A stretch of 57,505 nucleotides of DNA from Acetobacteraceae bacterium. GTDB taxonomy: Bacteria; Pseudomonadota; Alphaproteobacteria; Acetobacterales; Acetobacteraceae. The notes below the pieces were generated by a model that was not told the origin of the DNA, made no database searches, and saw only the letters and a list, made by a program, of their open reading frames with translations. Numbering within the stretch: the stretch's first letter is position 1; each line of letters starts with the position of its first letter. Where the stretch lies: assembly GCA_036494925.1 (NCBI GenBank), contig DASXNR010000417.1, forward strand, positions 1 through 57,505, read 5' to 3'. The translations under genes and the position numbers were made by a program. Shown piece after piece: positions 8,759-17,666 of the stretch.

Positions 8759-9640
8759 TCAGACCCGCTTGCCGGCAAGCTCGGCGAACAGACCCTGCGG
8801 GCGCAGGATCAGCGTCGCGAGCAGCACCACGTTGGAGGTCACCTCCTGGAAACCGGCGGGCAGGAAGTAGCCGGCCAACTGTTCGACGATGCCGATGACC
8901 ACGCCGCCGACCAGCGCGCCGGGAATGCTGCCGAAGCCGCCGAGCACCGCGGCGGCGAAGGCCTTGATGCCGAGGAAGCCCATGTTCACGTCGATCATCG
9001 ACACCGGCGACAGCAGGATGCCGGCCACCGCGGCGACGCCGGCGCTGATTGCCCAGATCAGCGAGAACACGGTGCGTACCGGGATGCCCATGTAGTAGGC
9101 GGCGAGCTGGTTCTGCGATGAAGCCTGCATGGCGACGCCGAGCCGCGTGCGGCTGAAAAACAGATAGAGCACGCCGCACAGCAGTACGGTGCCGACGATG
9201 ATCGAAACGTTGTCCTGGCCGAGGATCAGGCCGTGCAGGTTGATGGTGCGGTTGGTGAAGGGGGTCTCGAAGCCGACGGAATCATAGCCCCAGGTGATGC
9301 CGGCCGCGGCGCGGAAGATGAAGCCCAGCCCCAGGGTCAGCATCACCACGGCGAATTGCGGCTGGCCGATCACACGACGGAGCACCACGGCATCCAACGC
9401 GAAGCCGAAGGCGGCGGTCAGCAGGATGGCCAGCAACGCGCCGACCCAGTAGTTCAGGCCGAAATGTGCGATCAGCGCGAATGCGAAGAACCCGCCCAGC
9501 ATCATGATGTCGCCCTGGGCGAAGTTGATCATCTCGGTCGCCTTGTAGATCAGGACGAATCCGAGCGCGATCAGGCCATAGATGCAACCGGCGGCTGCGC
9601 CGTTGACGACCAGCTGCAGCAGACGCGCAGCATCTTCCAC
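8759..9640 (-). CDS. HAAT-family ABC transporter permease (LivH-like)
   Basis: N-terminus LLQLVVNGAAAGCIYGLIALGF and INFAQGD block typical of LivH. GTG start. Confidence 0.9.
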   Translation of the reverse strand: MEDAARLLQLVVNGAAAGCIYGLIALGFVLIYKATEMINFAQGDIMMLGGFFAFALIAHFGLNYWVGALLAILLTAAFGFALDAVVLRRVIGQPQFAVVMLTLGLGFIFRAAAGITWGYDSVGFETPFTNRTINLHGLILGQDNVSIIVGTVLLCGVLYLFFSRTRLGVAMQASSQNQLAAYYMGIPVRTVFSLIWAISAGVAAVAGILLSPVSMIDVNMGFLGIKAFAAAVLGGFGSIPGALVGGVVIGIVEQLAGYFLPAGFQEVTSNVVLLATLILRPQGLFAELAGKRV

Positions 9641-9915
9641 GTTCGGCGGCCCTCCCTTAGGCGGGGCCGACTTCGTGGCGCCCCGGCAGTTGATTTCAGG
9701 CGCGACGATAGGACGAGCTTTTGCGGAGCGTCAATGCAACCGGCCCTTGGGTACAGGCAATTTGGATCCGGTGGGGCGCTTTGGTGGTCCGCGAGAAAGG
9801 ATTCAACCTGGCGCAGCCGTCGGCCGCAACCAAGCCAGAGCACGTCAAGGCAACAGGGTGAACGACAGACGCGCCCGGCTCGTTTGCTTTAGCGCAAGAA
9901 AGTAAGCGAGATATT

Positions 9916-10028
9916 GAAACCACAGATGCACACGGATGTACACAGGTCGGCGCTGATTCGGGCGCCCACCGACTGCTTTTGCGGCGGCGTGAATATATCC
10001 GTGTTCATCTGTGTGCATCTGTGGTTTC
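9916..10028. repeat. 113-bp palindromic (REP/MITE-like) element
   Basis: The left arm GAAACCACAGATGCACACGGATGTACACAGG (9916-9946) matches the reverse complement of the right arm CCGTGTTCATCTGTGTGCATCTGTGGTTTC (9999-10028), with about 3 mismatches in 30. It lies in a non-coding gap. The track ORF 9914..10120 is just its translation. Confidence 0.7.
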
Positions 10029-10387
10029 GACTTCTTGCCTCAATTCGACTGGACCGATCCGTCAGATTTCATCCACCAGTACCCCTGCACGGTGGTTTTG
10101 ACGGGCTGCGCCAGCTTTGACCGTTCCTGGGCGACTGTGCCAGCAGACGATCTGGACCGCCGCCTGCGAGCAATAGCGGCGCCGCAGGACAAGAAAAGGT
10201 TTTCACGCAGATAAGGGCGGATTCACGCGAAACACGCAGACGGTCCTGCGCGGCTCGCAGGCTTTGCTCCATGCGTAGGGGAACGGTCAACTCGCCGCCG
10301 AGCCAGGAATCAGTCAAAACCTCTGTGCAAGAGTACTAGCGGTTGGATAGTCTACAAGAAAGGATTCAACACGGAGGAAGTGCGAGG

Positions 10388-10510
10388 GTCACGGAGTGCC
10401 ACAGGAGTCGTAGCGCTCGCAAAATCTTCACAGAGTGCGCGGGTTTCCGAGGCCAGCCGCCTCCGTGGCGCTCAGTGGCCCTCGATCGTCCTCTGTGTTC
10501 AAGACTCTTC
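10388..10510. repeat. cluster of CACNGAG / CTCNGTG heptamer motifs
   Basis: Forward CACGGAG (10390), CACAGGAG (10401) and CACAGAG (10429). Inverted CTCCGTG (10461) and CTCTGTG (10491). Non-coding context. Confidence 0.4.
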
Positions 10511-10564
10511 TGGCTCGTGGCGGTATCGGCCGTTCACCCGATTGCCCTGCCTGGGTAGCGGCAC

Positions 10565-11353
10565 TTAGTCGAGCAGATCGATCGCATCGCCGGGGCGGAC
10601 CACTCCTTCGGTCAGCACCGCTCCGAAAAGCCCGGCGTTGCCGCCGTGATGCTGCGCCACCGTCCGCAACACTTCGGGCTTTGCTTCTGCCGTGTCGGGA
10701 TCGAGCGTAATCATCTTGCACCGGGGATCGAGACCAATCACAGCAACGACTGCCCTGGCGCCCAACGCGAGCCGGCGTCCCACCAGGGCATTCTCCGAAA
10801 ATGCCGCCATGTGCAGGTCGGCGTAGATGTTGGCGCGAAAACGTCGCTTGTCCAGAACCAATTCGGCCTCCCGGCCGATCTGCTGTATCGTCTGCAGGGA
10901 GAATACCGATACGGGCCGGCAATCCGTCAGCGATCGATCCGATCGAACGAGAGATAGGGCATGTCCATCACCAAGACCGTCGGACAATTCTGCGATCAGC
11001 GCCGGATCGTCTATCGCCAGAACACTTTTTGCCGGCGTTTCGACGTCCACCATCATCTCCTCGATGCTTGCGTACAGCGGAGTGGCGCCGGCACTCAGAC
11101 TCTCCGCCTCGGAGAGATTGGGGGGGTTTATCGCTGACTGCGGATGACGGAACATCGGCTTGTAGAGGAGCATGCGTTCCTGCTGCCGTCCCGTCAGCCA
11201 GGGAAATCCCTTCGAGGCGCCGCTGTCGTGAAAGGCGTACACGCGGTCGCCATAGATACCGGCAAACCCTACGAACGCCTGTTGCACCTCTTCGCCCCGC
11301 ATGCTCTTGACAGGGTAGCGGCAGAGACTTTCGACACGACCGACTATCGCCAT
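10565..11353 (-). CDS. MOSC domain-containing protein (YcbX-like: N-terminal beta-barrel plus MOSC)
   Basis: N-terminus VESLCRYPVKSMRGEEV. Conserved Cys context DPRCKMITLD. C-terminal GDAIDLLD. Confidence 0.85.
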   Translation of the reverse strand: MAIVGRVESLCRYPVKSMRGEEVQQAFVGFAGIYGDRVYAFHDSGASKGFPWLTGRQQERMLLYKPMFRHPQSAINPPNLSEAESLSAGATPLYASIEEMMVDVETPAKSVLAIDDPALIAELSDGLGDGHALSLVRSDRSLTDCRPVSVFSLQTIQQIGREAELVLDKRRFRANIYADLHMAAFSENALVGRRLALGARAVVAVIGLDPRCKMITLDPDTAEAKPEVLRTVAQHHGGNAGLFGAVLTEGVVRPGDAIDLLD

Positions 11354-11476
11354 CGGTTCTCATCCCCCTGATCGGTGACGCCATCACCCTGTCATCGGAG
11401 GAGCGCGAGGCACGGGAGTCGCTGGCCGGGTCGCTCACTGACTTCATGCTGAGACACTACCGGTCCTCGTCCGCCA

Positions 11477-12631
11477 TCACGGCAGCTCCAGCACGTTCTT
11501 TGCCAATATGTTGCGCTGGATCTCGTTCGATCCCGCGTAGATCGTCGATGGCCGCGACTGGATGAACAGGCCCGCGGGGTTCATTTCGCGGTTGCCGTCC
11601 AGCGGACCGAACTGACCGCCATGCTCGCCGGCGATCTCCAGCATCGTCTCGGTGATGCGCTGATACAGCTCGGTCTGGTGCACCTTCAGCATCGACACGT
11701 CAGGTCCCAGCGGCTCGCCGCGATACACCTTGGCGACGTATTCGTTGTACAGCGCCTTGTGGTCCTCGAGATCCAGGCGCAGCCGCGTGTAGCGGTCCTG
11801 GAACCACTCCTCCTCCCACACGCCCATGCGATCCGCGAGCAGACGCAGCCGGCTTAGCGCGTAGGAAGACTGCCGCGGCGAGCCGGAGCCGATGCGCTCG
11901 AACCCCAGCAGGTTCTTCGCCATCGTCCAACCCTTGTTGATCTGGCCGACCAGATTGCCCTTGGGCACGCGGACGTCGTCGAAGAACGTCTCGCAGAACT
12001 CGTCGCCCATGTCGATGTTGGTGATCGGCCGGACCGTGATGCCGGGACTGTCCATCGGGACCAGCAGGAAACTGATGCCGTCCTGCTTCTTCGCCTGCTT
12101 GTCAGTACGCACGAGGAGAAAGATCCAGTTGGCGTCCATCGCCAGCGAGGTCCAGATCTTCTGCCCGTTCACCACCCAGTCGTCGCCGTCCGGCACCGCC
12201 TCGGTGCGCAGGCTGGCAAGATCGGAACCGGCGTTCGGCTCGGAGTAGCCCTGGCACCAGATGTGCTCGCCGGTGAGGATCTTCGGCAGGTAGTAGTCCT
12301 GCTGTTCCTTGGTGCCGTAGCGGATCAGCAGCGGACCCAGCATCGTGACACCCATGCCGTTGAACGGCGCGCAGCCGTGGCGTTCCTTCTCCTCCAGCAT
12401 GATGAGCTGCTTGCCGGGCGACAGTCCCATGCCGCCGAACTCCTTCGGCCAGCCGGGACACAGCCAGCCTTTGCGCGACAGCTTGTGGTACCAGACCTTG
12501 GTGTCGCTGTGGTGCAGCCGCTTCGGCGGGTTGCGAATCTCCGGCGGATAGTTTGCCGCGATCCACTGCCGTACCTCGGCGCGGAAATCTTCGTCGGTGA
12601 GATCGTTCAGATCGTCGATGACTGCGGACAT
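11477..12631 (-). CDS. acyl-CoA dehydrogenase family protein
   Basis: Start taken at MSAVIDDL (ATG 12631, SD-like GGGGGAAACAGG upstream). Blocks WCQGYSEPNAGSDLASLRT and IYAGSNEIQRNILA. The longer track ORF is an upstream run-on. Confidence 0.9.
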   Translation of the reverse strand: MSAVIDDLNDLTDEDFRAEVRQWIAANYPPEIRNPPKRLHHSDTKVWYHKLSRKGWLCPGWPKEFGGMGLSPGKQLIMLEEKERHGCAPFNGMGVTMLGPLLIRYGTKEQQDYYLPKILTGEHIWCQGYSEPNAGSDLASLRTEAVPDGDDWVVNGQKIWTSLAMDANWIFLLVRTDKQAKKQDGISFLLVPMDSPGITVRPITNIDMGDEFCETFFDDVRVPKGNLVGQINKGWTMAKNLLGFERIGSGSPRQSSYALSRLRLLADRMGVWEEEWFQDRYTRLRLDLEDHKALYNEYVAKVYRGEPLGPDVSMLKVHQTELYQRITETMLEIAGEHGGQFGPLDGNREMNPAGLFIQSRPSTIYAGSNEIQRNILAKNVLELP

Positions 12632-12642
12632 CCTGTTTCCCC

Positions 12643-14757
12643 CTATGGCACGAAGGCCGCGGCCTTGGCTTCGCGGAACGGCGTGCCGGATTCCGCCAGC
12701 TCGCGCAACAGCCGCGACGGGGCCCAGCGGTCGCCGTACTGCTGATGCCAGGCGGCGATCTGGTTGTATACATCGCGCACGCCGATGCCGTCGGCCCAGA
12801 AGAACAGGCCGCCGCGGTAGCGTGGGAAGCCGAAGCCGTGCAGCCACATCACGTCGATGTCGCTCGGGCGGTACGCCTTGCCTTCCTCGAGTATCTTGCA
12901 CGCCTCGTTCACCGAGGAGAACAGCAACCGGCGCAGGATCTCCTGGTCGGTGAACTCGCGCTGCGGGACGCCGAGGCCGGCGGCAACCTCCCGGATGATG
13001 GCGGCGACCGCGGGATCGGGACGCGGCGTACGGTCGCCCTTCTCGTAGCGGTACCAGCCGGCACCGGTCTTCTGTCCGTAACGACCCATCTCCGCGAGGC
13101 GATCGGAGATCGGCTGCTTGCGGAAATTCGGGTTCTCCGCGGCGCGACGCTTGCGGCTGGCATAGCCGATGTCGAGGCCGGCCAGATCACCGACCGCGAA
13201 CGGTCCCATCGGATAGCCGAAATCCACCATGACCTTGTCGACCTGCTCCGGCAGACAGCCTTCCTCCAGCAGGATCACCATCTCGGTGTTGAACGGCGCC
13301 CGCGAGCGATTGGCAACGAAACCATCGGTGTTGCCCGCCATCGCCGAGAGCTTGCCGATCCTGCGGCCGATCTGCATCGCGGTGGCCAGTGTCTGCGGCG
13401 ACGACGCCTTGCCGCGCACCACCTCCAGCAGCTTCATCACGTTGGCCGGACTGAAGAAGTGCGTCCCCGCCACGTCCTGCGGCCGCGTCGTCATTTCCGC
13501 AAGCTGGTCGATGTCGAGCGCCGAGGTGTTGGAGAACAGCAGCGCGCCCGGCTTCATCACCTCGTCCAGTTTGGCGAACACCGGCTTCTTGACATCCATT
13601 TCCTCGAACACCGCCTCGATCACCAGATCGCAGTCGGCGATGTCCTCGTAGCCCGCGACCGGCTCGATGCGCGCCAGCCGGCGCTGCATCTCGTCTTCGC
13701 TTAGCGAGCCGCGACGGACGGAGGTCGCATAGTTGTCACGGATACGCTGCATGCCGCGCTCCAGCGCCTCCGGGGTGGCGTCCATGATCTTCACCGGGAA
13801 CCCGTAGTCGGCGAAGCTCATTGCGATGCCGCCGCCCATCGTGCCGGAGCCTATGACCGCGGCGGTGGCGAAGTCGCGCACCGGTGTGTTCGGCGGAATG
13901 TCGGGCAGCCGTGCCACCTCGCGCTCGATGAAGAACGCGTAGCGCAGCGCGCGCGCCTCGGGGCTGTCCTCCAGCTCCTTGAACAGATCCGCCTCGCGCC
14001 GGCAGCCCTCATCGAACGGCATCGCGCACGACGCTTCGACCGCGGCGATGCAATGATACGGCGCCTGCTGATTGCGCGCGCGGCGTGCGATCGACTTGCG
14101 CATCGCGTCGAAGATGCCGGGATTCTCCAGCTTTACCACACGGTCGCGCACACGCGGCAACGGACGCACGTCCATGATGCGCATCGCAAAGGCAATCGCG
14201 CTTTCACGCGGATCCGCCGTGTCCGGCAGCAATTCGTCAACGATGCCAAGCCGCTTTGCTTCCGGTGCCGGCACATGGCGTCCGGTCACGATCATATCGA
14301 GCGCCGCCTTCGGGCCGATCAGGCGCGGCAGCCGCTGCGTGCCGCCACCGCCCGGCAGGATGCCGATCAGCACTTCCGGCAGACCCACCTTCGCGCTCTG
14401 CAGCGCCATGCGATAGTGACAGGCCATCGCGATCTCCAGCCCGCCGCCGAGCGCGTAGCCGTGAATCACCGCGACCACCGGCTTTTGGCTGACGTCGAGC
14501 GTGTCATAGACGCGCTGTCCGAGTGGCAGCCGCGGACGGCTGGTGCCGAAGCCGCGGATGTCGGCGCCGGCGATGAAGCTGCGGCCGGCACCGATCAGCA
14601 CCATCGCCTTGATCGCCGGATCGGTGTTGCCGCGCGCGAGGCAATCCTTGATGCCCTCCGCGACTCCCGGGCCGAGCGCGTTCACCGGCGGATAGTTGAC
14701 CACGATGACGCCGATATCGCCCTGACGCTCCAGGCTGACCGGTGATGCCCCGCTCAT
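12643..14757 (-). CDS. bifunctional enoyl-CoA hydratase / 3-hydroxyacyl-CoA dehydrogenase (FadB/FadJ-like)
   Basis: N-terminal crotonase fold (FIAGADI, GGGLEIAMACH). Central Rossmann motif VIGSGTMGGGIA. 704 aa. SD AGAGGAAAC before the ATG. Confidence 0.9.
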   Translation of the reverse strand: MSGASPVSLERQGDIGVIVVNYPPVNALGPGVAEGIKDCLARGNTDPAIKAMVLIGAGRSFIAGADIRGFGTSRPRLPLGQRVYDTLDVSQKPVVAVIHGYALGGGLEIAMACHYRMALQSAKVGLPEVLIGILPGGGGTQRLPRLIGPKAALDMIVTGRHVPAPEAKRLGIVDELLPDTADPRESAIAFAMRIMDVRPLPRVRDRVVKLENPGIFDAMRKSIARRARNQQAPYHCIAAVEASCAMPFDEGCRREADLFKELEDSPEARALRYAFFIEREVARLPDIPPNTPVRDFATAAVIGSGTMGGGIAMSFADYGFPVKIMDATPEALERGMQRIRDNYATSVRRGSLSEDEMQRRLARIEPVAGYEDIADCDLVIEAVFEEMDVKKPVFAKLDEVMKPGALLFSNTSALDIDQLAEMTTRPQDVAGTHFFSPANVMKLLEVVRGKASSPQTLATAMQIGRRIGKLSAMAGNTDGFVANRSRAPFNTEMVILLEEGCLPEQVDKVMVDFGYPMGPFAVGDLAGLDIGYASRKRRAAENPNFRKQPISDRLAEMGRYGQKTGAGWYRYEKGDRTPRPDPAVAAIIREVAAGLGVPQREFTDQEILRRLLFSSVNEACKILEEGKAYRPSDIDVMWLHGFGFPRYRGGLFFWADGIGVRDVYNQIAAWHQQYGDRWAPSRLLRELAESGTPFREAKAAAFVP

Positions 14758-14787
14758 GGTTGTTTCCTCTGACGATGCGCGTCAATG

Positions 14788-15198
14788 CTAGGAGAGGTCG
14801 CGCCGCGCGTCCATGCTGGCCGGAATACGGAACAGGCGCCCGGTCGCCTCCATCGCATCCGCGGTCCATTCGCCGCCGATCCCCTCGATCATCCAGCGCA
14901 GGATCGACCAAAGATCGCGATCGACCGCCGCTTCGTCGATCGGTTCGAGTGCGGGGACGACGGCATGGATCTCGACGCCGGACGGAAAAGGTTCACCGCT
15001 GCGTCCGATAAAAACCAGTGCGTACATCGCGCCCGACGGCGTCTGCAGGTAACCCGGTTGATCGAGGCCGACGCGATCGAGATCGAAGCTGCGGACAAAC
15101 AAGGCGCGGAACTCGGGATAGTGGCCAAGCCGGTCCTCGGCCAGCACGAACGCAAGCCGTTTGCCGTCAAGCGAAGGCTGGGCGACCACGGTTATCAT
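14788..15198 (-). CDS. hypothetical protein (136 aa) inside the beta-oxidation-like operon
   Basis: Its ATG overlaps the stop of the upstream hydrolase gene (ATGA). It ends 30 nt before the FadB/J-like start. I recognise no family. Confidence 0.55.
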   Translation of the reverse strand: MITVVAQPSLDGKRLAFVLAEDRLGHYPEFRALFVRSFDLDRVGLDQPGYLQTPSGAMYALVFIGRSGEPFPSGVEIHAVVPALEPIDEAAVDRDLWSILRWMIEGIGGEWTADAMEATGRLFRIPASMDARRDLS

Positions 15199-16103
15199 GC
15201 CGGTTGCCGGAGGAACTCGACGATGCGTGCGGCGATCTCGGGGCCCGAGTCCTCCTGCAGGAAGTGCCGGCCGGTCACCAGATGCGGTCCCTCCGCATGT
15301 GGCAGCAATCGTTTCCAGCGCGGGATGAACACCGGCGCATCGAACACATCGTCCTCACGTCCCCAGATCAGCAGCGCGGGCAACTTGCAGGCCGACAGCT
15401 CGCGTTCCAGCCAGGTGAAGCGCTCGAACGCCTGCGCGCCCGCGTCGAGCGGAATCCAGCGCGGCCAGGTCCACGTCAGCATGCGGCTCGCCGGATCCGG
15501 CAGTACCGCCTCGTACGCGGTCTGCGCACGTTCCTGAAACCGCTTTCGATCGACCACTGACAGATAGACGCCGCGCGCCGCCAGGGCATTGTGCCGTCCG
15601 AGCAGATACGGCCCGAGCAACGGCGCATGCATCATCCGCCAGGGAAATATCCGGGTGTGAAACTCCGCCGGTGGCAGCGGCCAGGCCCACGTGCTCATCA
15701 GTACCAGCGCTCGCACGCGTGCGGGATTCGACAGCGCGAATCCCAGGCCGGTCGGCCCGCCCCAGTCGTGGCAGACCAGCGTCACGCGATGCAGATCGAG
15801 GCCGCGCAACAGCGCGGTCAGATTGGCAATGTGGCCGTCGAGGCTGTGGGCCTGTTCCCGTACCGGCTTTTCCGACAGGCCGAAGCCGATCATGTCGGGA
15901 ATGACGACGCGGTATCCCGCCGCGGCGAGTGGTGACACGAAATCGCGATACAGGAACCCCCATGTCGGATTGCCATGCAGCAGCACGACAGGATCGCCGG
16001 CGCCTTCATCCACGTAGTGCATGCGCCAGCCGTTCACGCGAGCGAAGCGCGGCTGGAACGGCCACTGGCGACGAACCGCGGCGGGCAAATCGATCTCGGT
16101 CAT
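15195..16103 (-). CDS. alpha/beta hydrolase (haloalkane-dehalogenase-like fold)
   Basis: Start at MTEIDL (ATG 16103). [25 protein letters not shown], nucleophile elbow VCHDWGG, C-terminal HFLQEDSG. Confidence 0.85.
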   Translation of the reverse strand: MTEIDLPAAVRRQWPFQPRFARVNGWRMHYVDEGAGDPVVLLHGNPTWGFLYRDFVSPLAAAGYRVVIPDMIGFGLSEKPVREQAHSLDGHIANLTALLRGLDLHRVTLVCHDWGGPTGLGFALSNPARVRALVLMSTWAWPLPPAEFHTRIFPWRMMHAPLLGPYLLGRHNALAARGVYLSVVDRKRFQERAQTAYEAVLPDPASRMLTWTWPRWIPLDAGAQAFERFTWLERELSACKLPALLIWGREDDVFDAPVFIPRWKRLLPHAEGPHLVTGRHFLQEDSGPEIAARIVEFLRQPA

Positions 16104-16168
16104 CGCGTCGGATGTTAGGAACCGCCGCCCGGTTCGTCTACGCTGCGCTGCGGATTGAGGAGGCATCG

Positions 16169-16981
16169 ATGCCAGATCGCTATGCGCGCTACATGCGGCT
16201 TCGCTTCGACCGGCCGCATCCGCGGGTGCTGAGGATCACCATGGGCGGCGGCGAGGAGCGGCTCAACCCGGTCGATGCGGTGATGCATCGCGAACTGGGT
16301 GAGATCTGGCGCGACGTCGATGCCGATCCCGCGGTGAACTCGGTGATCATCACCGGTGCCGGCCGCACCTTCTCCGCCGGCGGCGACTTCGCGATGATCG
16401 AGGAGATGATGGCCGACTTCGAAACCCGCGCGCGGGTTTGGAAAGAAGCGCGCGACCTGGTCTACAACATCATCAACTGCTCCAAGCCGGTGGTGAGCGC
16501 GATGCGCGGACCTGCGGTGGGAGCCGGCCTGGTGTGCGGCCTGCTGGCCGATGTGTCGATCGCCACCAGGGATGCGCGCATCATCGATGGCCATACCCGT
16601 CTTGGCGTCGCGGCGGGCGATCATTCGGTGATCGTCTGGCCGCTGCTGTGCGGGTTGGCGAAGGCAAAGTATTACCTGCTGCTGTGCGACGCGGTGTCGG
16701 GCGCCGAGGCCGAACGGATCGGCCTGATCTCGCTCGCGGTGGAGGACGCCGAGCTGGATGCGAAGGCGCTGGAGGTCGCGGTGCGTCTGGCCGAGGGTGC
16801 ACAGAGCGCGATCCGCTGGACCAAGTATGCGTTGAACAACTGGCTGCGCCTGGCGGGGCCGTCGTTCGACGCATCGCTGGCGCTGGAGTTCATGGGCTTC
16901 ACCGGGCCGGAGGCGAAGGAAGGCCTGGCGTCGCACCAGCAGAAGCGGCGTCCCGCCTTTCCGCCAGGCTCGTCGGTGTGA
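16169..16981 (+). CDS. enoyl-CoA hydratase/isomerase (crotonase) family protein
   Basis: Start at MPDRYARY (ATG 16169). [13 protein letters not shown] and [11 protein letters not shown] blocks. Confidence 0.85.
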   Translation: MPDRYARYMRLRFDRPHPRVLRITMGGGEERLNPVDAVMHRELGEIWRDVDADPAVNSVIITGAGRTFSAGGDFAMIEEMMADFETRARVWKEARDLVYNIINCSKPVVSAMRGPAVGAGLVCGLLADVSIATRDARIIDGHTRLGVAAGDHSVIVWPLLCGLAKAKYYLLLCDAVSGAEAERIGLISLAVEDAELDAKALEVAVRLAEGAQSAIRWTKYALNNWLRLAGPSFDASLALEFMGFTGPEAKEGLASHQQKRRPAFPPGSSV

Positions 16982-17483
16982 CCGTTGCGGACCGTGCCCG
17001 CGTCCTACCGCCCCGCATCGCCTGAGGGAACGGCCAGACACGCTGCATGACGGCAAACAGAAATGCGGTGCTCAGTCCGAACATCAGCATCCCACCGATT
17101 GCTTCCAATGGGCCCATCAGCTTCCAGCGATCCCCCAGCTGGACCACGTCCGAGCCGAGGGTCGTGACCATCTGCAGGGAAAAGTAGATCGCACGCCTGA
17201 AGTCCGGAGCCGCGCCGAGCCAGACATACGCGGCCGCCCAATACGAGGCCTCGATGCCGTGCAGCAGCGCGAGCAGAACGGACGCGGCGCCGATCACGAG
17301 GGAAAACAGAATGAAGCGTCCATGCGCATGCCGAGGGGCTTCGATCATCAGACCGAGGCCTTTCGCTATGCCCATGCCGATCAGGGCCAGGCCGGCCGCG
17401 TGCGTCACCACGGACAGCCCTATCAGGGATATGCCCCAGATCCAGTCATCGCTCCAGCCAACAGTCGAGTCCGGAGGAAGCAT
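16899..17483 (-). CDS. two-TM pore-loop ion channel (Ion_trans_2-like) with non-canonical filter
   Basis: TM - pore helix - [13 protein letters not shown] - TM layout. The 3' end overlaps the convergent crotonase gene by 83 nt. Confidence 0.7.
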   Translation of the reverse strand: MLPPDSTVGWSDDWIWGISLIGLSVVTHAAGLALIGMGIAKGLGLMIEAPRHAHGRFILFSLVIGAASVLLALLHGIEASYWAAAYVWLGAAPDFRRAIYFSLQMVTTLGSDVVQLGDRWKLMGPLEAIGGMLMFGLSTAFLFAVMQRVWPFPQAMRGGRTRARSATVTPTSLAERRDAASAGATPGLPSPPAR

Positions 17484-17666
17484 CGATGCCTCTCGTGCAT
17501 AGACAGATCGTTAAGTAATTCAGGGCAAGGGTTGCTTAGGCCAGTAATCCTCGCCGGGAAATACCCGGTTGACCTGAACGGGTGCGCAATGTAGCTCTGA
17601 GACCACGAGGACGGAACCAGGCTGCCCGGGTTCAATGCGCCGTCTGTGCATTGTGTCGAGGAAGAC

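Noticed and set aside
6918-9179. 753-aa ORF suggesting a giant fused ABC protein
   Set aside because: Only the last about 255 codons are LivG-like. The upstream part is an out-of-frame read-through of the permease genes. A GTG start at 7682 overlapping the permease stop explains the real gene.
9696-10568. Small ORFs (60-82 aa) in the large intergenic gap, e.g. 9914..10120 and 10343..10558
   Set aside because: Their peptides are translations of palindromic or heptamer repeats (e.g. ..SVFICVHLWF..), with no SD sequences and no coding-type third-position bias.
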